Notes: generated by a model not told the origin, from the sequence alone. Positions 13,796 through 26,965 are shown, counted from the first letter of the stretch. The stretch is DNA of 64,000 bases from the human T2T-CHM13v2.0 reference genome, Homo sapiens (GCF_009914755.1 NC_060928.1); one strand, 5' to 3'. Translations and numbers: made by a program.

Positions 13796-15599
13796 TTAAG
13801 GAAGACGATGTGTGTGGATGTGCTGGAAAGGGAAAAAGTAGATGGGAATCAGAAGATGAAGGGCTTTGGGGGCAGGGGCGGCTTGGAAGAATTTTCCCAA
13901 GGGTAGCAACCTGACCAGATTTGTACTTTAGAAAGATCTCCTGGAAGTAAGTGTTGGTTTGGAATCATGACCAATATTAATAAGTAAAAAGAGTACATTG
14001 TAGAACAATGTTGTATGTAACCAAACCTAAGAACCATTGATTGTATGACACATTGTGATTTTAGAGATGTTAAAATATGGAAAAAAGTTCCTCCTAAAAT
14101 AGAATATGGCATAGAGAAATATGGCATGTGTAATAAGATCCTATTTTTAGAAAAAAACTATGTGTATATGTATTTGGGGGTAAAATTTAAGGACTGGATA
14201 CGGGGTGACTTTAATTTTTTTAAATAGCCTTATAAACTATTTTACAATGAGAATATATTACTTTTTAGTTTGAAAAAGACACTAACGAAAAGAATCCCAT
14301 AAATGAATATCAACAAAGAAAGAGACAATATCAAGTCTTTAGGCTGTAGGAGGAAGGTGAGGCTGCCCACAGGAAGAATAGTCCAGAAGTTACTGAGATG
14401 ATCTAAGAAAGTGATGAAAAAGGTCTGAGCTCAGCAGTGGCCAAGAAAGGGAGACGAACAGATGTATTGGAGAAGTGTTCAGTAGATACATGTAATAGGA
14501 TTTGGAGCCAGAGTAGTCTGAGGATGAGAGACCAGGTTGGCTTACTCCCATGTGTCTAGCTTGAGTGCCTGGATATAGTGCCACCCGACCAACCACTGTG
14601 TGTTTTTCTCCATTAGGGAACAGTATACCCTGGGGGGTTAGAAACAGGGAAGGCAGGCACTGAACTGTTCCAGGTTGAGGGTTGGCAGGTTAGGGCATAC
14701 AAATTAAGCTTGTGGAAGAGTGTAGTGGTATGAATGGATAGTGAAGGAAGTCAGCTCAGAGGGTTAGTGGATGACTGTTACCCATGGACAATTGTTACCA
14801 TCCGCCTCAGTAGAAAATATAAAAGCAGTCGTTGTTGGAAATGGGAAAGATGATCAATTCAGTTTGGACATATTAAGTTTGAGGTGCCTATGGGCCATAA
14901 AGATAGAAATATCTAGGAGGCAGTTGGTAATATAGGTTCGAGGCTCAAGGATGTGTGGCATTAGCATCTATAAATAATGGTCATTTAAACCACAGGCAAT
15001 AACAAAATTGTTTAGAAAGAGATATATAGGCAGTGGGAAGAAATGAGGGTAGAGGGTGAATCCACATTTACCAAAGAGAGAGGAAAAGAAACCTGTCAGG
15101 GAGACTTAGAAGGAGCAGCTGGAGGGGAAGAGGAGCACCAAGGAAGGAGGAAGAACAGCTTTCTATGCCAAGATGCCAAGTTAGATAAGACGTGAAATAT
15201 GACCATAGCCTGTTAGGCCACTGGGGCCCAATCTGGAGCAGTTTCACAACGGTGGTAGGGACAGAGACCAGGTCATAGAGTAAGTGGGGTAGAGAATGGG
15301 ATGAAAAAAGCCTTGAGCATGAAAGGAAGGAGAAAAGAGAATTCTAGACAAGGAGAATATCAGATCATGTAATGTAAGATTTGTTTTGTATAGTTGTTAG
15401 AAGAGATATGAGCATGTCTGTGTGCTGAGGGAAAAGAGCCAGGAGAGGATAAGTTGAGACCTAGAGGAGAGAGTAAATAATTGATGAAACAGGGCTTGGG
15501 GTGGGGTTGGAGTCCAGAGTTCAGGTAGAGGGATTCCCTGGGACAGGAGAGAGGAGAGCCATTTTTCCCATTAAGAATTGAGAGAGGAAAAATAGCTAT

Positions 15600-16020
15600 T
15601 GTATTCATTAGCATAGGCTAACCTGCTATAAAAATAAACCTTAACTCGTAATGACTCAAAAATAAAGTTTATTTCTCACTTACATCATTTTTAGGGCAGT
15701 TTTTAAAGACAGGCAGGCAGCTACTTCCCATGCAGTTATTTAAGGAACAAAGCTGATGGCAGCTCTGCCATCTTTAACACATGGTTTTCATATCATCAAA
15801 CAGCTTGCCAGAAGGGGAAAGATCACGGTGATGTGCACGTGAAACATTTTTATAGACCAGGCATGGAAGTGGTAGACAATACTAATGCTCAAATTCCAAT
15901 GGCAAAAAATTTCATCACATGATACACCTAACTGCAAGGGAGGTTGAGAAATGTAGCGGAGCTGCATGTCCAGGAGGAAGGGAGGAATAGATTCTGGTTA
16001 ACAGCAGTTCATCTTGGCCA
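15600..16020 (-). mobile_element. Old MLT1 (ERVL-MaLR) solo LTR
   Basis: 'gtttatttctcact...gctgatggcagctctgccatctt...cacatgatacacctaactgcaagggaggttgagaaatgtag'. Confidence 0.7.
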
Positions 16021-16970
16021 TAGCTGTAGATATACATTCACTTTATTTGCACATGGAGAGCAGAAAGCTGAGAGGTTTTATGCGTGAAGACCTCCATTTT
16101 CCTCATGGTATAGAAAAGGATGCCATTCACTGAGTATGAATATGTATGAGAGAGAAAGAAGCATGAATAAAGTTCATGCATCAGTTAGGGCAATTGGGAG
16201 AAGCATATAGGATTGCCATTTGGCCAAAGGAAACAACTTATTTTGAAAGTTTATGGTGTCACCAGATCAAACCACTCTGTTATTTTCTCCATGAGGGCAC
16301 AGTACCCTGGGTGTTTAGAAACAGGAAAGGCAGGCGCTAGACTGTTCCAGAGTTGAGGGTTGGCAGGTGGGGGCATGAAAATTAAGATTTTGGAAGAAGG
16401 AAGTGGTATGGATGAATAGTGAAGGAAGTCAGCTCAGAAGGGGCCTAAGAGATAGGGAGAAAAGGTTTGAGGAAGTCTTGGTGGGGTTGAAAAGCAGGCA
16501 CAAGGGGAGTAAGTGAATATGAGAGCTAGAGGGTTAGGACATTGTGAGCAGAACATCAGTTATTCCCAGGTCTTGAGGCTTGAGGTTTCCAAAGTGGAAT
16601 AGTTTGGGAGTGATGACAAGGTTCAGAGTGTGACCACATGAATGAAGCATGGTGGAGGGGAGAGGCATATTGAAGATGACGATACCATAGAATGGTGAGA
16701 CCAGGTGTTGAATGAGTCTTATACAGGGATACAGAGTTATCTAGGATGGAGAGGACAACAAAAATTGTCTAAGTCCTTAGTACTGTGGTATGAGGAACAC
16801 TGATGGCATTCTGCCAGGAGTATTTGCTCTGCTCCTCATCAACACATAGTGATGAGGAGCAAATAGTGTAATAATGTAGTGATTTACACATGTGGGTCAT
16901 GTTCCAGACCACACTTCTTTATCAGATCATCAGAACAAGTATGGGAAGTGTGTAGAACAGAGATCATTAC

Positions 16971-17335
16971 TGTTATGGATGAAATGTTTGTGATCCTCTA
17001 AATTCACATGTTGTACATCCTAACCCCCAATGTGATGGTATCAGGAGATGGGGCCTTTGGGAAGTAATTAGCTTATGAAGGTGGAGCCCTTATGAATAGG
17101 CTTTGTACCCTTATAAAAGAGAACCCACAGAGTTCCCCCACCCCTTTCTGCCATGTGAAGGCACAGTGACAAGACAGCTGTCTATGAGCCAAGAAGTGGG
17201 CCTTCCCTAGACACCAAATCTGCCAACATCTCGATCTTGTACTTCTCAGCCTCCAGAACTATGAGGGATAAATGTTTGTTGTTTAAGCCACCAAGTCTAT
17301 GGTATTATGTTAAAACAGCCTGAACAAACTAACTC
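16971..17335 (+). mobile_element. MLT1A-type MaLR solo LTR
   Basis: 'tgttatggatgaaatgtttgtg...ggggcctttgggaagtaattag...cagcctccagaactatgag...tttaagccaccaagtctatggtatt'. Confidence 0.85.
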
Positions 17336-17518
17336 AATTATCTTGCAGAAAGCAGCTCTCCTTGCTATTAATAAGTCTGTATTTCTTGTAGGATGTTCTG
17401 ATGAGCTTATTCTTTGCCTTCCATCCAAACCTCTACTGTGGATGTGGAGTGATATCACCACTCAGGAAGGTGGAACTGCCCAGTGTTAATCATCCAGGTC
17501 AGTGGGTAGATCCCCAGG

Positions 17519-17937
17519 TGATATAGTTTGGATGTTTGTCCCCTCGAAGTCTAATGTTGAAATTCGATCCCCAGTGTTGGAGGTGGGGCCTCTGGGAGGT
17601 GTGTGTGTCATAGGGGTAGATTCCTAATGAATGGCTTGGTGCCTTTCTCATGGTAATGAGAAAGTTCTTGCTCTATGGGTTCACACCAGAACTGACTGTT
17701 AAAAAGAGCCTGGCATCACCTTCCCTCTCTCTTGCTTCCTTTCTCACCATGTGACACACTGGCTTCCTTTGCCTTCTGCCATGAGTAAAGGCTCCTGAGG
17801 CCTCACCAGAAGCTGAGCAGATGCTGGCACCATGTGTCTTGTACAGCCTGCAGAACCACGAGCCTAATAAACCTCTTTTCTTTATAAATTACCCAGTCTC
17901 AGGTATTCCTTTATAACAATGCAAAATGGACTAACAC
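17519..17937 (+). mobile_element. MSTB-type MaLR solo LTR
   Basis: 'tgatatagtttggatgtttgtcccc...ataaattacccagtctcaggtattcctttata...ggactaacac'; 5-bp TSD CCAGG. Confidence 0.88.
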
Positions 17938-18605
17938 CCAGGTGAAACCGTAGCAAAGGTAGAATGTAGAAATGCAGGAGAGAAAACCAGGGGGCTTGCC
18001 AACCCTCTGTCCTCACTGTCCTTTGTTCAGGTTTGGATTTCCACAAGTCTAGACATTCTGACATAGCAAGGGAAATGCATTTTCATGCTGAACTACAAGC
18101 TGAAGTTGGGGATTCTAATTTATGTGCCAGACAATCTAATGATATGGTGCTTCCTGCATTTACTTCCCTTCTCTTATTTGAACCTTTATTTATTTATTCA
18201 TCAAATATTAATTGAGGGCCCACCAGGTATATGCACTTTTCTGAGGCTGGGAACACAGTGGTAAACCAAACAGATAGAATCACTGCTCTCAGAAAGTTTA
18301 CATTCTAGTGAGAAAGAAACAGACAATAGACAGAAAATAAACAAGGAAATATCAGTAGCAATAAATGCTCAGATGCAAAAGCCAGCTGATATGATAGAGG
18401 CTGACTAGAGAGCTATTCTAGCAAGGACAGGCAGGGAAGGCCTTTGTTAGAACATAAAAATAAGCAGAGACCACAACGATGAGAAGAATGCAGCCAAGTG
18501 AAGATGGGGAGGAGGGAACAGGATGGAATGAGCCTTCCAGACAGAGGGAACTGCTGAGGTTACATCAGAAATGAGCATGGTTTCACCTCTGATTCTTGTG
18601 ATAAA

Positions 18606-18620
18606 GATAGATAGATTAGG

Positions 18621-18672
<52 letters not shown>
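18606..18672. repeat. (GATA)n tetranucleotide microsatellite
   Basis: About 12 perfect TAGA units plus an imperfect 5' flank. Confidence 0.95.
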
Positions 18673-19079
18673 AAGAGAAAGGAGCTTGGTGTGTTTGAGG
18701 AACAGAAAGCAATCCAGCCTCGAATCTGGAGCATGATGAGCAAGGAAAGTGTGGGGTGAGGTCAGACAGTAAGCAGGATCTGGGTCTTGCAGGGCCTAAT
18801 GGGGTTAGAGTTTCAATCTAAGTGTGATGGGAAGCCATTAGAAGTTTATAACCAAGAGAGTGACACATAATTTATGTAGTAAACAGACCATCTGGCTGCT
18901 GTGTGGAGAGTAGATTGTAGGGGATATTAAAGTAGGAACAGAAAATCCAGCTGAGAAACTACCACAGAAGGGGAGGTAAGAGATGGCAGTGGCTTGGAAT
19001 ATTAAGGCATCAGATGTGGAGAAAGATTGAGATTCGCAAAATGTTCCAGAGGTAGAACTAAGAGAGTTTGCTGATGGAT

Positions 19080-19494
19080 TGATTTCTTAGGCTGTTCTTA
19101 CATTGCTATAAAGAAATACCTGAAACTGGATAATTTATAAGAAAAAGAAGTTTAATTGGCTCACAGTTCTGTAGGCTTTACAGGAAGCATGATGCTGGCA
19201 TCTGCTTGGCTTCTAGGGAGGCCCCAGGAAGCTTCCTATCATGGTGGAAGGCTAAAGGGGAGCAGGCACCTCAAGTGGCAAAAGCAGGAGCAAGAGAGAG
19301 GGAGGGTGAGGGGGGTACACACAACCTTTAAATGACCAGATCTCGCGAGAACTTACTCACTATCATGAAGACGGCACCAAGCCATGAGAGATCCATCCCG
19401 TGATCCAATCACCTCCCACCGGCCCCCACCTCCAGCACTGGGGATTACAATTCAACCTGAGATTTGGGTGGGTACAGATATCCAAACTATATCA
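19080..19494 (-). mobile_element. MSTB/MSTA-type MaLR solo LTR
   Basis: 'cattgctataaagaaatacctgaaactggataatttata...gagatttgggtgggtacagatatccaaactatatca'. Confidence 0.88.
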
Positions 19495-20123
19495 ATTGGA
19501 TATAAGTTTACCAAGATTGAGAATATTGCAGGAAGAACTGGTTTGGGAGCAGGAAGTCAAGCATCCCATTTTGGAAATGTTATATTTGAATGACCATTAG
19601 ATATCTAAGTAATAATCTAGAGCAAGCAATTGGACATATAAGTCTGGAGCTCAGGAGTAGGTCAGAGCTAGAGGTATAAATTTGAGTCTTTGGCTTTGAG
19701 GTGGTATTTTAAAGCTATGGGATTAGATGAATGTATCTATGGAAGAAATCTAGAAAGAGAAGAAAAAAGTCCTATGTCCAGCTCCAACATGAGGGGTCCA
19801 TCTTTAGTAGTATCTTGCATAAATATTATAAGCTGTCTCAACCATACTATGGCAATGAGAGAAACTGTAAAATCCATGCTTTGTACCCCTAAAGCCAGTT
19901 TGCTGATTGTGGCTCCAGCAGACATTAGTGTGAGTAACCTTATACCCCAAGAGTAAGGTTAATTTTAAGATCTGGAGTAAAAGACTTTCCTCCATCTTGT
20001 GGAAAGTCTTCCTCTGTTACCAACTTTAGAACATATGGGTTTAAAATTTTTTAAAGGCATCAGCAGGTTTTCTACGTGTATCCTGATTTTACATGTGGAA
20101 AAACCAAGTTTCAAAGTTTAATG

Positions 20124-20440
20124 GTGTCTTAGCCCATTCAGGCTGCTATAACAAAATACTATAAACTGGGTGGCTTTTAAACAATAGAAATTTGTTTCTC
20201 ACATTTCTGGAGACTGGGAAGTCCAAGATCAAGGTTGCAGCAGATTTGGTGTCTGCTGAGGACCTACCCTCTGGTTCATAAATAGTACCTTCTATATGAG
20301 TCTTCAGTTGGTGGAAGGGAAAACTCTGGTCTCTTCAGCCCCTTATAAGGGCCCTAATCCCACTCATGAGGACTCCACCCTCATGACCCAATTACCTCAA
20401 AAAGGCACCACTTCCTAATACCATTACATTGGGATATTTG
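20124..20440 (-). mobile_element. MLT1A-type MaLR LTR
   Basis: 'tgtcttagcccattcaggctgctataacaaaatactataaactgggtggctttt...gtccaagatcaagg'. Confidence 0.82.
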
Positions 20441-20769
20441 AATCAAGTTGACTTCAAATCTATTTTCATTCTTCTTTCAGCATTCTGTACTAATTCTTGT
20501 GTTCTTCCTGAGTAACTCTATTTCCTCAGATTCAATCACTGCTTATATTCTTATGATTCCCAAATATATATGTATAGTTCACCTAGAAAAAGCACAGACT
20601 TTCAAGCAATTTTGTCATCTCGGCTCTGTTCCTATCTCCTTAAATTTGGCCAATTTCAAACCTCTCTGGGCCTCAGTCTGTTCATTTGTACAATGGGGGA
20701 ATTAGATTAGTTGATTCTGAAGTCCTTTCCAGTGCTCACATTCTGATTTTAAATTTGCTGCTTCTTCTA

Positions 20770-21020
20770 ATAATGTTAATAGTAATAATGACATTTATTG
20801 CATATGCAGTGCCAGACATTGAGCCAAGTGCTTTACAGGTGTTAATATACTTAGTACTCCTAATAGCATCCTATGAGATAGGAGCTATTATTATTTTTGT
20901 TTTATAGTTGAAGAGACCAAGATCCAGATAATGTAATTTCTCGCTATTTTGTAATGAATAAGTAAGTGGCAGAGGCAGGATTCAAACCCAGAGGGTTTTA
21001 GTCTGGAGTCAGCATCACTT
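20770..21020. mobile_element. MIR SINE
   Basis: 'gtgccagacattgagccaagtgctttaca...cctatgagataggagctattatt...agtggcagaggcaggattcaaaccca'. Confidence 0.8.
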
Positions 21021-21532
21021 AGTTCCAGCTCTGTACTTGTTTCTCTTCAAAGACCCTGAACCCTGTTCTGCCTTCTCACCTTAGCCCGACTTGACTTCTG
21101 CCCCTCAAGCGCAGGTCCTGACTTCTTGTGTTACCTCTTTCCTGTCTATCTTTATCCTCTTTCTCCTCTATCTCTCCTGGCTATTCTTTCCTTCCTACAC
21201 AAAAGAAAAGAAAAGAAAAACCAAAAAAGAGTGCCTCCCTCAGTCACTGCCTTAGCCCAGCCTCATTATTCTGTGCAGATGTCCAGATGTCACCTCCTCC
21301 CAGGGATCTTTGCTGAACTCCTTGGCTAGGTCAGCTTTCCATCTCCACGTACCTCCAGGCATTTCCACTGGGAGAAAGTTAGGTTTGAGATGCCCATTAG
21401 ACATTAAATAGAGATGACCAGTGTCTGAACTGTGTTGCCCCCTCATCCAGAACAGTGGCTCATGATGGTGGGACTGTGTTTGGTTCACCACTAGCAAAGA
21501 CTTTGTTGTGAAGAGGACTTGGAATAACAAAA

Positions 21533-21941
21533 TGTATTTGTTTCATGGAGCTGCTGTAATGCAGTATCACAAACTGTGTTCCTTAAAATAATGGGAATTT
21601 ATTTTCTCACAGTTCTAGAGTCCAGACATTGGAAATGGAAGTGTTGGCAGGGCTGTTCTCCCTCTGCAGACCCCAAGAGAGAATTCTTTTCCTCTTCCAG
21701 CTTCTGATAGCTGTCTTCATTCCTCAGCTTCCTTGGCTTGTGGCCACATCACTCCAATCTCTTGCTCCATCTTCATGTGGCCTTCTTCTCTTCTCCTGGA
21801 TTAAAGATAAACTAAAAATAAGATCCTTAATTTAATTATATCTGCAAACCTTTACCTTTTCACAAATAAGATAGCATTCACAGTTCTAGTGATTTAGACA
21901 TGGACACATCTTTTGGGGGCCATCATTCAACTCACTATACA
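21533..21941 (-). mobile_element. MLT1B/C-type MaLR LTR
   Basis: 'gctgctgtaatgcagtatcacaaactg...tttattttctcacagttctagag...tttgggggccatcattcaactcactataca'. Confidence 0.8.
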
Positions 21942-23036
21942 AGAAAACTGAAAGAAGTTCAGGGATGTCCTTCTCCAACCCCTCCCCTTCTCCCTTGAGT
22001 CTGGCTAAATTAAATTTCCTTCAAGATTCAGCTCAGCTGTCACGAAATCAAGGGAGTCATCCTTGACCCATACCCCCAGTCTCAGCACGTGTTCCTCCTA
22101 TAATAATAATAGCTCTTGCATATTCAACACTGTTTTAAGGGCTTTATGTGTATGAACTCATTAATTCTTGCTACAAACCTATGGGTAACCTCATTACTAT
22201 CCTTATTTTACCGAATCCTAATAGTCTGTTGTGTTGTCTCTGTCCCCTACTAGACCTCCTCCAGGGCAGAAACCAACCACTTATTTATCTCTGTGCCCCT
22301 AACACTCACCGCAGTACATCCAGGCTCTCTAGAAAGGCGGATGGGTTGAATAAATGACTGAATAAGAGATAGTTTGGTAATAGACTGGGGACACTTTTGA
22401 GTATCAAATTAAGATATTTGGAGAAATCCATCTCTGAGATCACAGGAGGCCAACAGAGTTTTAAAGCCAAGAAGTGATAGAAGGTACCCCTCTTTCAAAT
22501 ATATCCTCTTCTTGGGAGAAATCACATGAAATATTGTTTTAATTACATGTAGTTCTACCTGGGCCTTTCTACCACACTTTAGCCTCATATTTCTTGCTTC
22601 TTACTGGGTCTTTCTTGGTCCTAAATCAGCATGTCCAGACTAGCCCTCATTATCTTTCCATTCTACCAAAGTCATTCTTCCTATATTACAGAGCCCACAG
22701 GTGTTCAACCAGACCATGTGAATTTATCCCAAGCACTTACCTCACCTGCCCTGCCAACTCTATCTTCTGAACTTTATCTCAGATCCATTCCCTTGGCCAC
22801 TGCTGCATTTTGGGCTCTTGCGTCTTTCACCTGGACTATTGCTGTAGCCTCCTTATCAAACTTGCTGCTTTAGTCTTTTCCAACTCCAGTCCATCCTCTA
22901 TTGTACTGCCCATCTTGTAACCCTAAAAGCCAGATCAGATTATATTACTCTCTTGATAAAACAACAAGCAAACAAACCCCAAAACAATTTTGCAATGGTT
23001 ATTCATTGCTTACAGGATCAAGATCTTCAAGATGTA

Positions 23037-23376
23037 GCTATGTCTTAATTCATCTGGGCTGCTATAACAAAATATGATAAACTGGGCAGCTTCAAAGCAA
23101 TGGAAATTTAATTCTCACAGCTCTGGAGACTGGAAAGTCCAAGATTAAAATGCCAGCAGATTCAGTGACTGCTGAGGACCCATTTTCTGGTTCATAGATG
23201 GTGTCTTCTAGCTATGTCTTTACATGATAGAAGGGGCAAGGTAGTTCTCTGGGTTCTCCGAGTGCATAAATTCCATTCATGAGGGCTCTGCCCCCATGAC
23301 CTCCTAATTCCATCCCATTGGTGATTAGGTTACAGAATGTGAATTTTGGGGGGATACAAACATTCAAACCATAGCA
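23037..23376 (-). mobile_element. MLT1A-type MaLR LTR
   Basis: 'tgtcttaattcatctgggctgctataacaaaatatgataaactggg...ttttggggggatacaaacattcaaaccatagca'. Confidence 0.85.
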
Positions 23377-23766
23377 AGCTACAACCTAGTTTTTCTCCCT
23401 ATTCATGAATCATTTGCCTCCTTGGTGAAGATTAATTTAGTTAAAAGTAGATAATATAATCTGTAAATCCACTTAACAAGCATACAAATAGCAATAAAGT
23501 TATAATATATACTGAAATCATTTCTTACAAAGAAACCATAGATTAAAGATAATGCTGAACTCCAAGCCCAAGCAAACAATACTGCAAGCCCAGGGGATTG
23601 GCACATACACCTAGTATGTGCCTTCAGCAATGTTAAACTTAAAACAATAACTGCCTAGCCATATCTGAAAATAATTGCTCTGCAAACTTTAAATTATGGA
23701 AAATGCCATTTATAATAGAAATTTACATGATCCCTCTTTAATGATGAGCTCCTCCTTAAGCATATA

Positions 23767-24085
23767 CAGTCATGTGTTCCTTAACAGGGTTATGTTCTCA
23801 GAAATATGTCAGGAGATTTTGTTTTTGTGAAAACATCGTAGAGTATATTTACACAAACCTAGATGGTATAGCTTACTACACACCTAGGCTATGTGGTATA
23901 GCTTATTGCTCCTAGGCTGCAAGCCTTTATATCATGTTACTACACTGACTAGTAAGACAGAAAATAGTAGCACAACAATAAGTATATGTGTGATAGAAAT
24001 TTTTCTGCTCCATTATAAGTTTATGGGACCACCATCGTATATGCAGTCTATTGCTGACTGAATCATCATTATGTAGCAATGATTG
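23767..24085 (-). mobile_element. Tigger3-derived MITE (MER7/Tigger3a-like)
   Basis: TA-CAGTCATG terminus; 'acacacctaggctatgtggtatagcttattgctcctaggctgcaagcct'; 'ttatgggaccaccatcgtatatgcagtc'. Confidence 0.8.
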
Positions 24086-24240
24086 CTGATATACATATAG
24101 ACAAATTTCATTTATGTTTCCTATACACATAGCCCAAAAGTAATTTTATATAATATTTTTCATAATTTTGTGCATGCAACAGATTTGACTGTGACTTGCA
24201 CATATGTTTAATATATATTAACACATATATACATGTTATA

Positions 24241-24712
24241 TATTTTAAATGTATACATACATTTAATTATAGATTTTAAATGTATACATACATTTAATTA
24301 TATATTAAATTAAATGTATGTACTATATATTCATATTTTATATATTTATAGCCATATAATATTCATGTTCAATATTATATTCAATATAATGAATATATAT
24401 AAAAAAAGTGAAACAACCCATCAATCTCTCTTTCTTTCTCTCTTTCTCTCTCTCTCTCTCTATATATATATATCTTATTTAATTTTAAGTAAGAAGATGA
24501 GACTTCTTTAAGACTAAATAATGCCAGGTTGGGATATTTTAAATGTATACATACATTTAATTATGTATTAAATTAAATGTATGTACTATATTAAATTAAA
24601 TGTACATACTATGTACTCATATTTTATATATTTATAGCCATATAATATTCATGTTCAATATTATATTCAATATAATGAATATATATATAAAAAAAGTGAA
24701 ACAGCCCATCAA

Positions 24713-24745
<33 letters not shown>

Positions 24746-24806
24746 CTTATTTAATTTTAAGTAAGAAGATAAGACTTCTTTAAGACTAAATAATGCCAGG
24801 TTGGGA
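24241..24806. repeat. ~270-bp AT-rich tandem duplication containing (CT)n(AT)n microsatellites
   Basis: Two copies, each ending '...gacttctttaagactaaataatgccaggttggga' at 24534 and 24806. Confidence 0.95.
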
Positions 24807-24855
24807 GAGACATAGCTACAGGTTATTGGGAAAGAACCAGACCTTCCACCCATTA

Positions 24856-25194
24856 GAAGTTGAGCATTCCTTATCCAAATATCTGAAATCTAAAATCCTC
24901 CAAAATCCAAAGCTTTTGAGCACAGACCTCATACCACAAGTGGAAAATTCCATATCTGACCTCATGTGACAAGTTACAGTCAAAACATTGTTGCATGCAC
25001 AAAATTATTTAAAATATTATATAAAATTACCTCAGGCTATGTGTTTAAGAAACATAAATGAAATTTATGTTTAGACTTGGGTCCCATCCTCAAGATATTG
25101 CATTATGTATATGCAAATATTTCAATATTCAAAAAAAATTTTGAAATCCGAAACACTTCTGATCCAAGCATTTTATGTAGGGATACTCAACTTG
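24856..25194. mobile_element. Tigger4 (MER46/Zombi) MITE
   Basis: TIR-like ends 'aagttgagcattcct' and 'gggatactcaacttg'; internal 'ttagacttgggtcccatcc...gaaatccgaaacacttctg'. Confidence 0.82.
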
Positions 25195-25199
25195 CAGCA

Positions 25200-25665
25200 G
25201 TCATTCACCATTCCTCCCTACCCCCAGCCACCAGTAATCTACTTTCCTTTATTATGGATTTGCCTATTCTGCACATTATATATAAATAGGAATCATAAAC
25301 TATATGGTCATTTGTGATTGGCTTCCTTCATGTTTTCTTCAAGTTTCAACTATGTTGTAGCATGGATCAGTAGTTCATTTCTTTTTATTGTCAAATAATA
25401 TTCCGTTGTGTAGACATACCATATTTTGTTTATCCATTCATCTATCAATAGACTGATGGGCTGTTTCACTTTTTGGCTATAATGAATAATGCTACCAGGA
25501 GCATTCATGTAGAAGTTTTTGTGTGAACATATGTTTTCATTTCTCTTGGTTATACACCTAGGAGTAGAGTTGCTGTGTCATTTGGTATCTCTATATTTAA
25601 CCTTTTGCAGAGTCGCCATACTGTTTTCCATATTCGTAGCACCATTTTACATTCTCACCAGTAGT
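25200..25665 (-). mobile_element. L1M 3'-region fragment
   Basis: 'gatttgcctattctgcacatt...ttttggctataatgaataatgct...tacacctaggagtagagttgctg'. Confidence 0.85.
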
Positions 25666-25939
25666 GGATTCAAGAGCACCAGATCTTACATTTTCACTTA
25701 TGAAAGAACCAAAACTCTCCTCTAGGCTCAATTTTTTAAAACCTGGGAAAGGATTTTACTTCGCCTGGCCTGTGACCAATGCAGACCTGTTTTCTCATCT
25801 CTGTAGCTAGAGAAGGGTCGCCTAAGAAGATGGCCATCTAACACATGGGTGTGGGAAGGAGTTTCCCTGGAAAAGTGACATACTGGGCAGACAAGAATAG
25901 ATGTCTGCCACAGAAGCCTAAAAGTTAAGGATAGCACCA

Positions 25940-26570
25940 CCCCTTAAGGATAACTGTAAATGTGTAGGAGCAATTGTAAATGTGATACAATGACTGGGAG
26001 GGTAATAATGGCATTTAGATAGTGTCTTGGACCCGGAGGTATAAATGTCCTGAAATATGCAAGACAGTTCCCATTCAATAAAGATTTGTCCGCCCAAAGG
26101 CCAATAGTGCTCCAGTTGATAAAATCAGTTCTGTAATAATAAACTCCCCATTTTTCAGTTGGCAACATGTCTATCCAAAATAAAGATTTTATTTCCTAGT
26201 CTCCCTTTGCAGCCAGATGTGGCAGTGTGATTAAGTTCTGGCCAATGGAATGTAAGCAGAAGTGTTGTGTGCAACTTTTCACAAGGATCCCTGGAGAGAG
26301 AGGTTATGCCCTTCTTTTCACCTTTCTTCCTCCAACCCCCCAAACACTAGCTGGAATGTAGATATGATGGCTGGTGCTGGAATAGTCATCTAGATTATGA
26401 ATAAAAACTCCACTTTGAGAAATAGTGGAAAAACAAGATGGGAGGAATCTGGATATATGATGATTGCAGTCATCCCAACTTCGGGCTGTCCCTGGTTAGG
26501 TGTGAAACAAACTTCTATTTTAATAAGGCACAATTTGTCTTCTATCACTTTTAGCTGAACCAAATCCTAA
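25940..26570 (+). mobile_element. MER20-like hAT fragment followed by an old MLT1 LTR
   Basis: 'aagacagttcccattcaataaagatttgtccgcccaaaggccaatagtgc' (MER20-like); 'tgtgattaagttctggccaatggaatgtaagcagaagtg' (MLT1). Confidence 0.6.
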
Positions 26571-26734
26571 CAAATCTAACCATATACTATGTGCCAGGCA
26601 CCTTCTCAACTGTCTTACTTGTATTCTCATTTACTATTCATACTTTCCCTGTGCCCCCCATAAACCACAATGCATACAGGTCTGCCTGCTTGCATGCCAC
26701 AGTACTCTTGATGCAAATATGTATTGCAACAAAT

Positions 26735-26965
26735 AACATTTATTGAGCCCTTACTATATGCCAAGTACTGTCTCATGAAAGCACTTTATATGCATTAACT
26801 CAATGATTTCCCATCAAACCAATAAGATAAGTACCCTTACCCCCACCTCATTTTGAGATGAAAACACTGAGGCTCAGAAAAATTAAATAACTAGCCTGAG
26901 TTCACCTAGATTTTACATGAGAGACACTCTGCCTCCAGAGCCCCTTTCTATAACTATGCTGCCCA
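26735..26965. mobile_element. MIR SINE
   Basis: 'catttattgagcccttactatatgccaagtactg...gatgaaaacactgaggctcagaaaaattaaataactagcc'. Confidence 0.8.

Larger units (their letters stand above)
18170..19790 (-). mobile_element. L2 fragment interrupted by a (GATA)n and an MST LTR
   Basis: L2 3'-end 'ttcatcaaatattaattgagggcccaccagg', continuing antisense L2 motifs after 19495. Confidence 0.75.
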
